Shown here in pieces: positions 29,067 through 44,269 of a stretch of 64,000 bases of DNA. A model generated the notes under the pieces. It had not been told where the DNA came from. It did not search any database and worked only from the letters and a program-made list of their open reading frames with translations. The stretch comes from Octopus vulgaris (Eukaryota): assembly GCA_951406725.2 (NCBI GenBank), contig OX597825.1, positions 8,804,001-8,868,000 on the forward strand. Reading direction: 5' to 3'. Position 1 is the first letter of the stretch; each line of letters begins with the position of its first letter. The position numbers and the translations under genes were made by a program.

Positions 29067-30619
29067 ATAAAAAAATAGGGCAACGTTAACCTCGATGAAA
29101 TCTGCACTGGAATCATAATGAGCCAGAATAAATATTGTCAAGCATTTGGTTCATTGGTTTAACAATTCTGCGTAGACCATTAAATTACTAAATACCAAAT
29201 AGAATAAATCAATATTGGCCAAACAGGGTTTTGAAAATCAATGTGAATGTACTTCTAAATGCTGAAATTGACACACATTTTGGTAACATTTCTGAAGCTA
29301 AAAGTTTCGATAGAACAGTGAAATAGATTGTTTGGGGAAGTTTTTTTGCTATATGATATAGAAGGACAAAATAAGCAAAAGATATATGTAAAAAAACAAA
29401 AAGCTTTAATTTTGTATTGCCGTTGTTTCGGTGCATATCAAAGACAGGAAAAATTGAGAAATATCTTAGCAATCCCAGAATGCTGTTGCGTTCTTTCTTC
29501 ACAAGAAGCTTCACAATGTTTCTTGCAACTTCAAGGCTCTCTGTACAAAGTATTGGGATATAAAAAAAATGAAATTCATCATTACTTCTACTCCATTGAA
29601 GAATGAAGTGTTGCTCTTCCCGGTATTGTATTATCGTCCGCCGTATCAAATATAACATCAAAAAAATATAAAAAAAAGAATATAAAGATACAGAAAAAAT
29701 ATAACATAAAAAAATACTTATTGCATTATCTTCAAATATTGAATAACAATATCCACCTGCATGAAAATAGATTCAGCCAGAGTTTAATGAATAGACAATA
29801 TTGTCCAAACCACTTTGTCTGGTTTAGTCTACGTACTCAGACCGAGAGAGACTTATTGCATACTCACTTTTACTCAAATGTAATTTCTCATTCTCTCTCT
29901 TATCCAAGTCAGCACGAATTTTTGACTATGAAGTGAAACTGTACGTGTTTCGTTTGATGCTGATTTCTCTTTGGATTTCTGTCGGGTGGAGAGTGAAACT
30001 GTGACCAGCATTTATTCTTCCATAGTTGTCCCCACCCCTACAGTTTTCTTTTCAATGGTCAAACAATTTCCTATTTTCTGAAATACGCACATTTATTTTC
30101 CCTTTGAAAATTTAAACGGCAAAGTTTCGCAAATAATTCCCGTCTCCAGGTTACATTAATCTTACTCACACACCGACATGTGATCAAATAGTAAAACTAA
30201 AAACACAGCCCCTACCTCTTCCCATGAAGTCTCACATTAAGAGTCCTTAATGAAATCATATTAATAATTTGATGCTTGGTACTCTGCAAATGAAGTCATT
30301 GAGGGGAAAACAAATCTTGATGGTCCTAGCTGCAACACCTTTCATCACTTGCCGGTTGTTGCAGGGGTTAACTTAAGCGTGAGAAACACCACCCGTAGCT
30401 CGGCAGATGAAGAAATATTTACATCAATGTGTCAGTTACAACATACACACACGCACAGGTACACATATATATACACACACACAGACACACACATATATAT
30501 ATAACCACATGTAAAAGAACGGAGACTATCACATCTTGTATTGGTGATCACAGCATACAAGACCGACGAATTTTCTATTGTATCAACAAATTTAGACATA
30601 GAAGAACGGTGCAAAATAC

Positions 30620-31325
30620 AATATTTTCATAAAAAGGGATTGCAATATCTATGTTGTACTGTTTTGTTATATGGGCTTATTTCTATTTTCGATATTTGAT
30701 TCCGTTTTCTCTAATTCACAAAGTAGTGAAAAGTCTTTCTTTGAATCTTATTTATTAAGATCTGATTTCGTTTTGGGTTTCAGATTTCGCTGAGATTTAC
30801 TTTTCTTTATAAGGATCAAGACCAGTTTCCCTGGATCTCACTAGAGCTGTCGAGTAGATAAGGTAAATTTGTTTGTTGGTATCGAGTGTATCTTTCGATG
30901 TCGTCGTTATTTGTAAGGATCTGCTATATCTATTTATCCTTTCATAAAGCTCTTTATTATTATTATTTTTTTGTAGCCTTTGGGTGACTTTTACGCTGTT
31001 CCATATTTATCGACTGTCTGATGTTTAGTTCTTCTTTTACTTTTCATATTTCTTCAATCGGTTCCTCTCCGTCCTTGGTTATACCTTGTCTGTTATGGTG
31101 TCTGTCATTTTGTGTGTTGCTGTTATATGCTTCAGTATTTACCTGTCTATGGGTATTGTTGTATTTCCGGTTTGCGCAGCTGTGTAGAAATTTTACTTTG
31201 GTTTAGCCATTTATTTCCTTTGCCCAGTGTTATCTCTGTCGTGTTCCTTTCTTTCTTTTGTGGTGTCTTATTCATTTTCGGGGATATAATGCCTGATATA
31301 CTGTTTTTGCCTGATTCAGCACATT
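30620..31325 (-). mobile_element. Highly decayed R4/Dong-like non-LTR ORF N-terminal relic
   Basis: Broken minus-strand frames give RLQKI, NYLIYSTAL and NK*DSKKDFSLLCELE, resembling the R4-clade LN.LIYAAA and .RKDLS.L blocks. Abuts the (TAA)n tract. Confidence 0.45.
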
Positions 31326-31328
31326 ATG

Positions 31329-31363
31329 AATTATTATTATTATTATTATTATCATTATTATTA

Positions 31364-31460
<97 letters not shown>

Positions 31461-31537
31461 CATCATTATTATTATTATCAGCATTATTATTATCATTATT
31501 ATTATTATTATTATTATTATCATCATCATTATTATTA

Positions 31538-31604
<67 letters not shown>

Positions 31605-31612
31605 CGTTATTA
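31329..31612. repeat. (TAT/CAT)n microsatellite
   Basis: Read directly. Confidence 0.97.
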
Positions 31613-32292
31613 ATGGTGGTGCAGTGTTTGTTGTAGTAGTAACAACTTGTAGCAGAAACACAAGTTTTGTGTTAGTTCATATTTAATTTAAAATTTGCAC
31701 GTGGAAGAGCAAAAGGAAACACAAATATTAATGATGTTAGTTCTGTGTTGCCAGCATCGACGCCAGCTGAGAAAGCAAGTAGCCTTTAGTAGCAACAGCT
31801 GTCATTGTAACATTCCTTCTCTTACATTATACAATCTTCGAAACATTACAAGCGTTTTTCATTGTGATGCAATATTTGATTTTTCATATTTTTTGCCTTT
31901 CACAATAAACGTAAGAAGCGGGGATTCTTCTGTTGGCATGGAAAAAAGAAATCAGTACTTTTACTTACAAAATATTATTAAAAAAAGCAAAGAAGTGCTT
32001 CGATAGGTATTCACTCAACCCGCTAGATATGGAAGGCAGGTAATCTAGCTACAATAGTAGTTCTAAAAAGAAAATAGGATAAAGAGAAAAAAACAGCGCC
32101 CGGATTTAATAATGTAATACTGCTGATGCAGGAAATAAATGGATGATCACCTGTTGAATTATTATGAACATCATTCGGCCTCGTCTATCAGAGTCGACCT
32201 GTAGTTAAAGAACAGTCAGAACTATGAGAACAGCAGCAATGGTAGCATAAAAGCAACTGTATCATCAACAGCGAATGCAACAGCAACAGCAG

Positions 32293-32667
32293 TGGAGGCG
32301 CAATGGCCCAGTGGTTAGGGTAGCGGACTCGCAGTCGGAGGATCGCAGTTTCCATTCCCAGACCGAGCGTTGTGTGTGTTTATTGAGTGTAAACACCTAA
32401 AGCTCCACGTCGCTCCGGCAGGGGGAGGTGGCGAACCCTGTTGTACTCTTTCGCTCCAACTTTCTCTCTCGCTTTCTTCCTGTTTCTTGTCCCCGACTTC
32501 CTACGCAACCGCTGAACCTGGATGCGCATTCATCCATTCGTCGATGCTCTCGGTGTCGGGGGTTGACCTGCTTTCTCTTCTGCGGGTCTTAAAAATAGCA
32601 AAGGACCACGCTTCGGACTTCTTCCACTACAGGACGAAGACCGCTTCGCTCAACAAACAAAGAAACA
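32293..32667 (+). mobile_element. tRNA-derived SINE, head A + tail 2
   Basis: Head GGAGGCGCAATGGCCCAGTGGTTAGGG. Tail TTGTCCCCGACTTCC...CGCTTCGCTC(AACA)n. Approximately 23-bp TSD at 32267-32289 and 32668-32690 (2 mismatches). Confidence 0.9.
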
Positions 32668-33658
32668 AACAGCAAATGCATCAGCAACAGAATCAGGATT
32701 GTGTCATTTCCGTTGAGGCGTAAAGCAAAATAATAATCTATTGAATGAGTTGGTAAGATTGAATATCTCAATATTCTGTATCTCTGTCCGTTTTCCCCGA
32801 GGAACGTAACCTTTTCGTTAGAGAGTAAATTGATTGAATGCAACTGAGTAAATTAATATCATTAATTTTATTGAACGAAAGCACGCAATGCCAATTCGGC
32901 TCATTGAAAGCGGAACATACACTAAGCAATTCGTTCTGGGAACCACTGGGATGATGCATTACTTGAGAAAACTTTACATTTGGAGAATCTACGTAGACAT
33001 CAATGAAATAGCCTTGATTTCTTTTTCACCTCGTATTTTCACGGTTCAGACGCATTATGAACTTCATGCTTATCTCTGTGGCATTAATGGCATAAATGAA
33101 GCAGCTCATTTCTCTCGGCTCTACAGAAGCGATCTTTCTTCCTCTACTTCATCTATTCGCCGCTCTTACGATACGAAGATATCTCATTACCTTACGAAGA
33201 AATTGTGGAAATTGTGTCAGTTAACAAATCTGTTGTTCTCTTTCTTGTATCTGATATTAAATGAAGTTCTCTTATTTAACACATGCCTGAAGTGGACAAT
33301 GTAAATGAAGCTAAATAATAAGATATCGCATGAAGGTTCCGACAGGTGTGTATAACAAGCAATATATGGATATAGGTGACAAAATTACGGGAAATGCGAA
33401 ACACCGTGACTGATATCAGCCGGCTAATGGTTTAAGCATTCGAGCTTGAATGCAATTAGAAAGACAAGTCGTAAGAGAAGTTACATATTTCATATTTCCT
33501 CTGAATTCTTTATAGAGAAACATCGTATATAATGAGTGCAAATACTTAAATTCATAGGCATTGAAAGTATACGTCCCTGCAGACAGAAATACACATGCAT
33601 TCCTACTTCAGGAAACACATGCACGTCGGTGATATATAATCATATGTACACATACATA

Positions 33659-33659
<1 letters not shown>

Positions 33660-33720
<61 letters not shown>

Positions 33721-33730
33721 CATACATACA

Positions 33731-33792
<62 letters not shown>

Positions 33793-33793
33793 C

Positions 33794-33831
<38 letters not shown>

Positions 33832-33900
33832 ACATATATATATTTATACACAGAACACACATACCCACGCTCGTACAGACACACATACACACACATATGC
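33660..33900. repeat. Compound (TA)n/(CATA)n/(TG)n
   Basis: Read directly. Similar tracts at 34480-34650 and 36665-36820. Confidence 0.95.
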
Positions 33901-34492
33901 ATACATACATATATACAAAACACCCGTACACAATCATTCATATATGTGTTTATTGTGTATATGTCTGTTCGCTTCTTATTGTGTTTGTTTGTGTCCGCGT
34001 GCCCCAGCTCAACGAGTATTTCAGTGAATGTGTGTATCTTTGTGTAGATGCACGTATGCATTTACATGTGTACGATAGATGACTAAATATTAATCAGCGA
34101 CCTGCCACGTTAAAGACGATTAGAGTAGAATAGATATTTGGGTCATTGGAGCAGTGTGGTTCCATTAAATCTTCATTCTATTAAGTGCAAGCATGCATCC
34201 AATTGTGCTACGTCACTTGAAAAATCTAATCAAAATTGGTGTAAATTTCTATATTAATAGTATTCGAAACGGTTTTATCTTCGGCATCATAGAATTCACT
34301 GACATTTATATAAGAGTATGTACATTAAGAAGATTCCGGAATGCGTCAATTTAAAGGTACATACACACACAAACACGCACACACACACACATATATATAT
34401 ACATACATACATACATACATATATAAATATATATGCATATGATCGCTATATTTATATATGTACACATCAGTCTATCTATCTATATATATGTT

Positions 34493-34565
<73 letters not shown>

Positions 34566-34602
34566 ATATATATATATGTGTATATATATATATATGTATA
34601 TA

Positions 34603-34651
<49 letters not shown>

Positions 34652-34892
34652 TCATTAATTAAGAGCTGTTACATTCATTCGGAATCATGCGCCCAGGAAT
34701 GAATGTCAGGATGACATATAATAAATTTATACATCTGTTACATGAGCACTTCGTTTACTAAGAATACATTTAAATGTATAGCTCCAGGTATAGCATTATG
34801 CATATATAAACATTACGATGCTTTAATATACGTACAAACCCACACATATATACTTCAGTTTAATATAATTTTAAATAAGTATTTATATATAA

Positions 34893-35050
34893 TGCGTGGC
34901 TGTGTGTTAAGAAATATACTTCACATCCACATGATTCCAGGTTTATTTCCATTACGTTGCTCCTTTAAAGTTTATATTCTAATACAGGTCCGGACCAACC
35001 AAAATCTTGTGAGTGGATTTGATAGACGGAAATTGGATGTGTGTGTGCGT
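34893..35050 (+). mobile_element. Diverged 5' part of SINE family B
   Basis: gcgtggctgtgtgttaagaa...cacatgattccaggtt...cttgtgagtggatttgatagacggaaa. Confidence 0.7.
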
Positions 35051-36686
35051 GTGTGGGATATAGAAGACATATCAAGAGTTAAAGACCGACTGATTTCGAG
35101 AAACGGGAATAAAGAAATTGGGGTTTGGCCTGCACTTGTGATAGGATGGCGCTTACAAATTTGGGGATAGAGAACGAAAGCGAGCTACTAAAATAAAAAA
35201 GCGTGGCAGGAAATCAAGCGAGCGAGGAAGAAAATTATCAGGAATAATGAGAACAGAAGAGAAAGATAGTTATGGTGGGAAACAAGGAACTTAAGAAAAG
35301 ACAAAGTGGTCACAGAGAGTTAAGAGGACGTACGTGGAGGGTTAGCATATTCTGTGCGTTAAAAGTCAAGCAATGTAAAACGAAATGTAACATAGAAGTG
35401 ATTACTGGAAAAGGACAAAATAACATGGAAAACCTGTCATAATGAGAGACAGAGACAGAAATACAGAGGGAGAGAGAGAAAGAGAGAGTAAGTAAGTGAG
35501 AGGGTGGCACGCAAATATTAGATTATATTGGAGTAGGTATAAGTATATATGAAATTGTAATATATATATAACTTTATCAATTGAATAATTGCCATTTTGA
35601 TGATATACATTATATATTTATGAGGATGGATGGATATTTAAACGAAGGTCGTTGGAAATAAATAATGCAGAAGAAAGTAAAATAAAAATAAATTGAAAAC
35701 TGGAAATTGAAAATAGAATGAAATAGAAAAAATTAAAATGAAGAAGTACATGCCTTTCTATGATTTATCATTTAATGGAGAGAAACAAATTTGTATGTTC
35801 ATAGTGTAATAAAGCTAATAACGAAGCAAATGTACCCTAGCCTGGTATCTTAAATTCTACATATAACACATCATAAATCATGTTGGCGGAATTCTAGCTT
35901 AAACACCCCGTAAACTAACTCATATATATTTTTTTATTGTTTAAAATTTTCAGAAAATATTTGCGAATGTGTGTTCTACACAAAAGATTTCATACGATTA
36001 TGAAAAAAAGAATTTTAAAAACTTAACCCTCTCCTCCAGCAGCACAAACCCGTGAATTCTAAAATTTGCAGTCGTTTTTAACTTTAAAAAATATTAGAGT
36101 GTAAAATACGTGCCGGCTGTATTTTTTTAACTAATTTCCAGCGGTAGACCTTCCTTGTGTGTACCATCATTACATTAAATATGCTTATGGGGAGAAAAAT
36201 ATTGAAAAACATTAATATATATCATTTGAAAGATACACCCAAATATAATTTGTTGAACTTCATACATGCTCGATGTCGGTGGAGCGTTCTGTATCTAGTT
36301 CTGGAAATTATGCTTTGCAAACGACAGACTATGCTGATGTACTTTCAGATATTTGTGTGTTCATATACGTAAATATTAACAAGTGAAACCAATGGTACAT
36401 AGATAATCGTTTTTTATTTCGTATATTTTCATTTGTCTTGCTTATTTTTACACATTGGTTTTTTTGCTGAGATTTTTCTTGAGAACACACTCTTCGGGGT
36501 AATGGGGATTTGACGTCTATGTTTAGCATAAAGGGTGTCCACATTAATGGTCATTCCTCAAGATTTTTTATGTAAAAATTTTCTATCGTTGGATATTTTA
36601 AATATGCTAAACCACTGGTTTTAATTGATTAATATCAATTTCTACCCTTATTATTTAATTTTATATATACATACACACACACACAC

Positions 36687-36797
<111 letters not shown>

Positions 36798-38683
36798 TGT
36801 ATGTGTGTGTGTGTGTGTTACGCATTATGTATTATGAATTTATCGAAAACTTGTGATTGTGGTTTTCTTAGCGTAGGTTGATATAGGAATGAACTTATCC
36901 TTAAACGTCAAAGAATTTTTCGCTGTTATTGCATTGCCTTCGATAAATAGATTAAGTAAAGAAAAAAAGATAAACATAAAGAATTATACTCTTTTGTTAA
37001 TTGCTTCATACCTGGTCTTTGACGTAAGATAATGGACGATTCATGTAGATATCGTCTCTGCCGTGTATTTGACGAATATTAAATAAGCCGCTTGGTTTCT
37101 TTTACGAATCGATAATGTTACAATTATAATGTAATGAAATTGTTAACCACTTGCAATGCCAATAGTGGCTATTTGCAATCAAGGCAGCGGGATGTGTATC
37201 TCACCTAAAAATAACATTCAGGATTTTGGCGTATAAAGTCTTCATGCATTTCGGTATATTTTATAACATATATTTTATAACATATTTGATAATAGAAAAG
37301 AAGAATTTACCACAATGTCTAATAGTATCTAAATTGAACTTAGATCTAACGATGTTTTCTCAGACGTGGATTTCAATCTGAAGTATTAAAAGATGAAAAA
37401 TAACGTCCCCACATTGTGAAGTGTGCACTTTCACGGAAAACGACGCTTGTAGTAAACAGTTATATTCGATGACTTACATCTTTTGAGATATAACTCTGAT
37501 TCTTTCAGGGGTCAAAGAAATAAGTACTAGTTGGGAACTGAGGGCTTTGCAATTGATGAAACCCCCCCTCCAAATTCCAGTTCTTGTACGTGCAGTAGAA
37601 TGGATATATGTTCGTATGCATGTGTAAGGAAATACTTATAAAATATTTGTTTTCAAGACAAAAAGACTCATCAATAATTTAACCGTTTTAATCCTCTCTC
37701 AAATCATTAGTGAAAGTGAGTGTTCTATAGCTTTGACAAAACCAAGAGTAATGATGTTCACCACAACAATTACAGAAAACAACAGCAGAAACCAAAATGA
37801 ATAAAGAATCGTATGTCATACATTTCTTGTTTTTCGACTTCTTTATCTCTTGACCACTACAGCACAGCAAACAAATTTGACAAAATTTACATTTCAGCAA
37901 GAATAATGAAACTCAAGCGACGAAAGAAACTGCTTGCAAAAACAGACAGACATCCCTTTATAGCAAACGTTTCTGCACTGATTTATTTAGTGTACTACGA
38001 AAAGACTCCTTAGAGACTCTCCTTTTTCTACGGAGAAGCTTGATTGAAGATTGATGGACAATCCTCAGACAGTTTCTGCAAGAATACTTTGCAATATAAC
38101 CCACAACTTATCACAAAAATTCATCTTATTCTTGGTTAATTCTCCCTCATGCATCACCAAAATGGTATGATATGCGTATAATTTATTCACGTCCCTTCAT
38201 TATATATTTGGTATTGTTACAGAACAAATAAGATTAGGCCCACATTATTTTGCTAGTGTAACACCAGATATATACACATTTCAATATATGTGGGAATGTA
38301 CCCACCCACATACATATATACACATCCTTGTGTGTAAATCTGCATGTATTCACTTCATTCCTTAATGTAGTTCTAGTTGAGGACTCGCGACGTATATACT
38401 TCTAAAATACGTCATTGATGTAAAACTGATTCAAAATCGATATCTTAGGAATGTTTGTGCTCAGTGTGTGACACCGCTTGTATATCGAGTGACTTGTTTA
38501 CTGACTTCCAATAAATATCAAGTCTAAGTGCTGCAACGAAATGCTATTTTATATCTTTCACACGCTTACATATGTGCATGGATATGTGCAGGAAGAGTGT
38601 ATATGTGCCTATACATGTATGCGCTCAAAATTATTTATATATTGATGTTTGTATATGAATATCTGTGTGTTGATGTATATGTA

Positions 38684-38720
<37 letters not shown>

Positions 38721-39849
38721 ACATACACACACACATATATATTTACACACTAACTTTAAGATTAATAGCAACTGTAACATAACTTTTCAGGTTGATTGTA
38801 AAATCTAGAAATATGTTAATTATCTGTTCACGTTCACATCGTCTGAATAAACAATAACGTAGTCTTTTAAAATTTATAGTTAATTTCAAGATATTTCCCT
38901 GATGATTTTCTCCATGTCCGACACTGTCTGTTTTTATATGAGATATAAATTTCAGTCAGGTTTGGCGAATAGTCTCTGATTAGAAATTTGTCTGGCTCTA
39001 ATAAGTAAGGACAGAAAACGATTCAAATGCTGTACTAAAAGCTATAAAGAAAATACATAAATGTGTGCTTGCACCTGATTATAAGAATAATGATAGCAGC
39101 AGCGGTGCATCAATGTTATATCGTACGAATAAATGAATGAATTTATCAATGAACGCGTGAGGATACAGTTCAGATAACAATATATCTCTTAACACACCCC
39201 GAAATATTCCCCTTTTTACTTGTAATGAAAAAATATCTTATTTGTTTTGGAAAAGTACGTGACTTGGCATCAGCACCTTGTTAAAATTAAAATTATGTAT
39301 TCAGTTTGTGCTTGTATAAATAAAGTAACCAACAACAAACAATATTCGGCTGATAATTGTGTTTGGCTTCTGTGAGTTGTAAAATACATACAAGATTTAT
39401 TTTAAGCAACCAGTTCGTTTGGACCACTACACATTGCAAATTGAAAAGACGTGTACATTTCCAGTGTTTTCTATACTTTGTTAAAATAGTGAAAATATGA
39501 GTATTTGGAAAGCATGTACAATGAAGGAGGCCCGTACCACTCCATTAATCTGAAAGTACGGATGAAAATGTTGATGGGTCGTAGACACAACTACCAAATC
39601 TTTTAAGTATAAATAATTGTAAGCAGCTAACACGATGTGACAACAGTGAAAATTGCAATTATCAAAGTCGGTATATTTTTGATGTAGGTTCTGTTAGTTT
39701 ACACTGATTGTCTCAATATCTTCTGCAGTAAACGGAAAGGTAAAGTTTTGTGACCAGTGTGTAAGCATGAATGTCGGCATTTACGCATGCGTGTACGTGT
39801 GTGGAAATACAATGCCAGATTTTTTCTTTAAATCGGTACAATGCAGTAT

Positions 39850-40101
39850 AAGGCGGTGAGCTGACTGTAAAGGGCGAAATACTTCGCGGTATTTCGTCTG
39901 TAGCTACGTTCTGAGTTTAAATTCCGCCGAGGTCGACTTTGCCTTTCATCTTTTCGGGCTCGATAAATTAAGTACCAGTTACGCACTGGGGTCGATGTAA
40001 TCGACTTAATCCGTTTGTCTGTCTTTGTCCTCTCTGTGTTTAGCCCCTTGTGGGTAGTAAAGAAATAGGTATTTCGTCTGCCGCTACGTTCTGAGTTCAA
40101 A
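39850..40101 (+). mobile_element. SINE family D followed by a re-start of its own internal sequence
   Basis: Full body to AAAGAAATAGG, then TATTTCGTCTGCCGCTACGTTCTGAGTTCAAA again. Confidence 0.9.
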
Positions 40102-40219
40102 ACGTAGTAAATAAATAGGTACAATGCAGGATAACAAGAGTTATAAGATATGTTATCAGCATCACACTTTCATGGATAAAGGTATTTACACATTTTAGAT
40201 ATCAATATTTCAAAAAAAT

Positions 40220-40660
40220 GCAGCGAGGTGGCAGGTCATTAGCTCGCCGGTTTACATGCTTTTCAGGAAACCGTCGGTTTTTGCGTTCTAAGTTCAAATT
40301 CCACCATGATCGAGTTTCCATTTCATTCTTTCGGGTTCGATAAAGTAAATTCCAGTTGCACATTAGGGTCGATGTAACAACATATTCCCTCCCAAAACGT
40401 GCTGGCGTGGTGCCAAAATCTGAAATCAATATTTTAACAAAAGCAGGCAGCGAGCTGGCAGAATCGTTAGCAGCCGAGTCAAAACTCTTAGCGGAATTTC
40501 GTCCGTCTTTACGTTCTGTGTTCAAATTCAAACGTGGTCGACTTTGCCTTTCATTCTTTCGGGTCGATAAAATAGGTACCATTTAAACACTGTAGTCGAT
40601 GTAATTGAACTGGACCCTCCACTGAACTTGCTGACCTTATGTCAAACCTTGACATCAATA
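40220..40660 (+). mobile_element. Two older tandem SINE family D-related copies (alternative tail)
   Basis: Heads gcagcgaggtggcag (40220) and ggcagcgagctggcagaatcgttagc (40446), each with the ttcattctttcggg.tcgataaa core. Confidence 0.75.
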
Positions 40661-42039
40661 CCGCAACAAATGCAGGAGAGAAGGTTTAAGGATGAGAGAA
40701 GGTGAAATAATCAGTTAGGGAGAGAAATAAAACAATGGCAACATAAACAGGACGCGAGAGTATAAATGAGACGATGATATCTTCTACTTACTGTGTTAAG
40801 AAGGGAGACATAAATGGCTGTGAAATATATTTACGTTGGTTATAAATTTCATCCAATATATGAGCGTTAAACATTCATTGTATCCTCACAATTATATGCA
40901 TTTCATCCAGCCTATGATTACATAATTTTATGGACCTATAGAGTCTATTGTTAGTCTCTTTGTGGAATTTATTGTTAGTCTTACTGAAAGAGATCAGACA
41001 GTTGAATTTCGTCAATACCAATACGTTTCCCAATGACCACATAGCAACGGTGGAATAACCACCTATTTCACTGCCCATCTGATCGTGGGCTCTGACTGCT
41101 TGACAGTTCTTTAGGTACGGGACAATCTACCTTATTCGATGCTTGAACCAGGGCTGTTTTTTTTTTCCTACTGAATCTTCTCCGGGCTTGCATGTCTGAT
41201 GTGCATTTATCTCGAACATATGTATGAACATTATCTTCCAAGTGATGTCAACATTTCCATAACCATTGTCTCGGCGCCCTCTATTAATCACGTTTCCAAT
41301 ATGTTACTGGGGTCTTTAGAGGACATTAGTTTCGAGTGATAGTGACACAGTATATAGTGTCTCCTTTTATTTGCGATAATCTTTCCTGAAATATCCCAAA
41401 AGTTTGTTGTACTACTCAACGTGAGAGAAATTTTATTCCGCTCCTGTCATTTCGCAAGCATTAATATATAATTTTCTTCCCTTGCCTCTCCTGGAGTATT
41501 TCCTGTTGTATGAAGATAATGTTAGCTTTATCAGTCTTCTATAATTTTTCTGGTAAAATCGATACACCCAAAATATCTACCCGTTCATTTCGTAATGGAA
41601 AAAAAACTTTTCTTTTCACAAAGCTATTGTCATAAAAGAGGACAGTAATAGGAATACTGAAAATGTTGCTTCAATTATTATTCTTATTACTTAATTATTT
41701 AAGTATTTGAGAGCGTTTTTCACTCAATTGTTTTGCGCACCTTTTGTTTTCACCTGTCGCCTTCATATTCTTGGGATTTAGTTGTGGGTTTTGTTATTGT
41801 TTTGTTTTAGTAGCCAATATATTATTTTTCCGTGTTATATAAGTATATGTTAGCTAACTTTAAAGTGAAATTGTAATAGTTTTACATTAATTTTTAACTC
41901 ATTTTGAATTAAAAATCCTTCTTTGCTTTCACAACTGCGAAAACTCAGAACTACAGCTCTGTTACTAAGAGAAGCTGAGGAAAATGGTTCTAAAAATAAA
42001 TGTGTATATCTCTTAGATTGGTTGGATTTCTGTGCCTCA

Positions 42040-43400
42040 CAAAGACAGTCTTCCACGAAGAGGTTTCTGACCACAAATGCTCCCGCGGACCAGCAGAACT
42101 CATTCACTCCATAGAAACTTAATGTTCAAGAGTTTCCATCTGCTCATCAAGGCAGGTCTGTTAGGCCGAAAATGATATAGTCGATGTAGTTATTTACAGT
42201 TTCTCAAACCATTTCTCAGGAAGACAACCTTCCCTGTTCCTCACTTCTATTCAGTCCTTAACCATCTGCAGATCTGTTAAAAACAATTTCCGAGCAATTT
42301 AAATGGTCAACTCAAGCATGGATGCTTTGGTTAGCATGGAATTGCTTCTCCAAGTACCAAGCTGTAGGCGCACATTTCTGTTGCTTAATTTTTGCTTCTG
42401 TCATCGTTTCATATTCCTTGAGATCATTTCTTCGATGTGATTGCTGTACGTCACTTATACGTTGACATCTGTTGCATATCTGTTGCATCTGTTGACACAG
42501 ATCTTCCGCATCTGCGTTCTCGCGAGAAGCCGCTCCAAACCAGCTGACTCTACAGCAGTGGCTTTGATATCAATACGTCCAGAAGGGGAGAGAGGTGGCA
42601 TAGTTGACCGTGAATAGGTGACCATGACCATGAATGGTTCTCATAGGTGGTCATTTACTCAGATCATCAAGCGATTGTCCCTGTACATTGCAGTGCTCCA
42701 GCTTCCGAATTTGTGCTCTCACTAGCCACCTATAAGACTTATCAAAAGATTTCAACTGATCCAAACGGATCAGCGGCCCTATTTATGTCAGGTTAACAGT
42801 ATTCTCTCAGGGAGAAAAGGCGGCGAGCTGGCAGAAACGTTAGCACGCCGGGCGAAATGCTTAGCGGTATTTCGTCTGCGTTACGTTGTGAGTTCAAATT
42901 CCGCCGAGGTCGACTTTGCATTTCATCCTTTCGGGGTCAATAAATTGAGTACCAGCTACGCACTGTGGTCGATGTAATCGACTTAATACCTATGTCTGTC
43001 CTTGTTTTGTCCCCTCTGTGTTTAGCCCCTTGTGGGTAATAAAGAAATAAGTATTCTCTCAGGGATGTATCTCATGGCGTAGAGGTAGTCATGGATGGAT
43101 CTCTTTGGTATGGTGCATGTATGTGCCCCTCCTACCAGAATATCGAAGACAAACGCCAAACGTTCAGCTCTCCCTTCGACCAAAATCATTAACTCTGCAG
43201 AGTTACAGAGCCAGTGGCGTTAAAATATGTCCATGTTAGGAGCCTTTCCAAATAGCACTCTTACATCACTTTTCTATGATTCGGGCAATTCTCTTGTTCT
43301 GCTGTCTGTTGCTGTGGACATTAACCAAGCGGGGGGACGGCGAACAAGTTGTACGTAAAACATCTAGATAATACCTCAGATAATATCTCTAGAAAATATC
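42040..43400 (-). mobile_element. Old decayed Tx1/L1-like RT relic, interrupted by a SINE
   Basis: Minus frames: LVGGAHTCTIPKRSIHD, LDQLKSFD, CHLSPLL, LKEYETMTEAKI, LQLGTWRS, KFLW..LLVRGSICGQKPL. Colinear with the 12994 element. Confidence 0.8.
42814..43049 (+). mobile_element. SINE family D, full length with 16-bp TSD
   Basis: GGCGGCGAGCTGGCAGAA head, GAGTTCAAATTCC B box, central TTTCATCCTTTCGGGGTCAATAAATTGAGTACCAG block (resembles the Meta/MESC domain, from memory). TSD AGTATTCTCTCAGGGA at 42798-42813 and 43050-43065. Confidence 0.93.
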
Positions 43401-43647
43401 TCAGAAGAACCTGGCATAAATTTCAGAGAAATCTCAAAGATTGTGCTGACATGTACTGCCGACATCCTTAGAAAAACTCTATCAATTTCAACATCTGCGT
43501 TGTATCACATGAAAACATTTCGCTACTATTCCTGCATCTTTTCCTCCCCAGATTTCAGTCATACAGTAATATCTCTTATCCTTCAGTTACCCCAGGGCGT
43601 TGGGTGTGTCTCAGCAAGTGATTGTAACAAACATGCAGATTAAAAGT

Positions 43648-44269
<622 letters not shown>

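Noticed and set aside
32293-32365. tRNA genes at SINE heads (also 17720-17794, 24961 and 45235-45308)
   Set aside because: A and B boxes are present, but they continue into SINE bodies with TSDs and lack a clean acceptor stem and terminator.
37688-37830. Signal-peptide-like minus ORF MTYDSLFILVSAVVFCNCCG
   Set aside because: Short, with no recognisable family and no convincing splice sites. Would need RNA-seq.
41000-41250. Possible continuation (VRDK..) of the old Tx1 relic
   Set aside because: Similarity is too weak to call without alignment.
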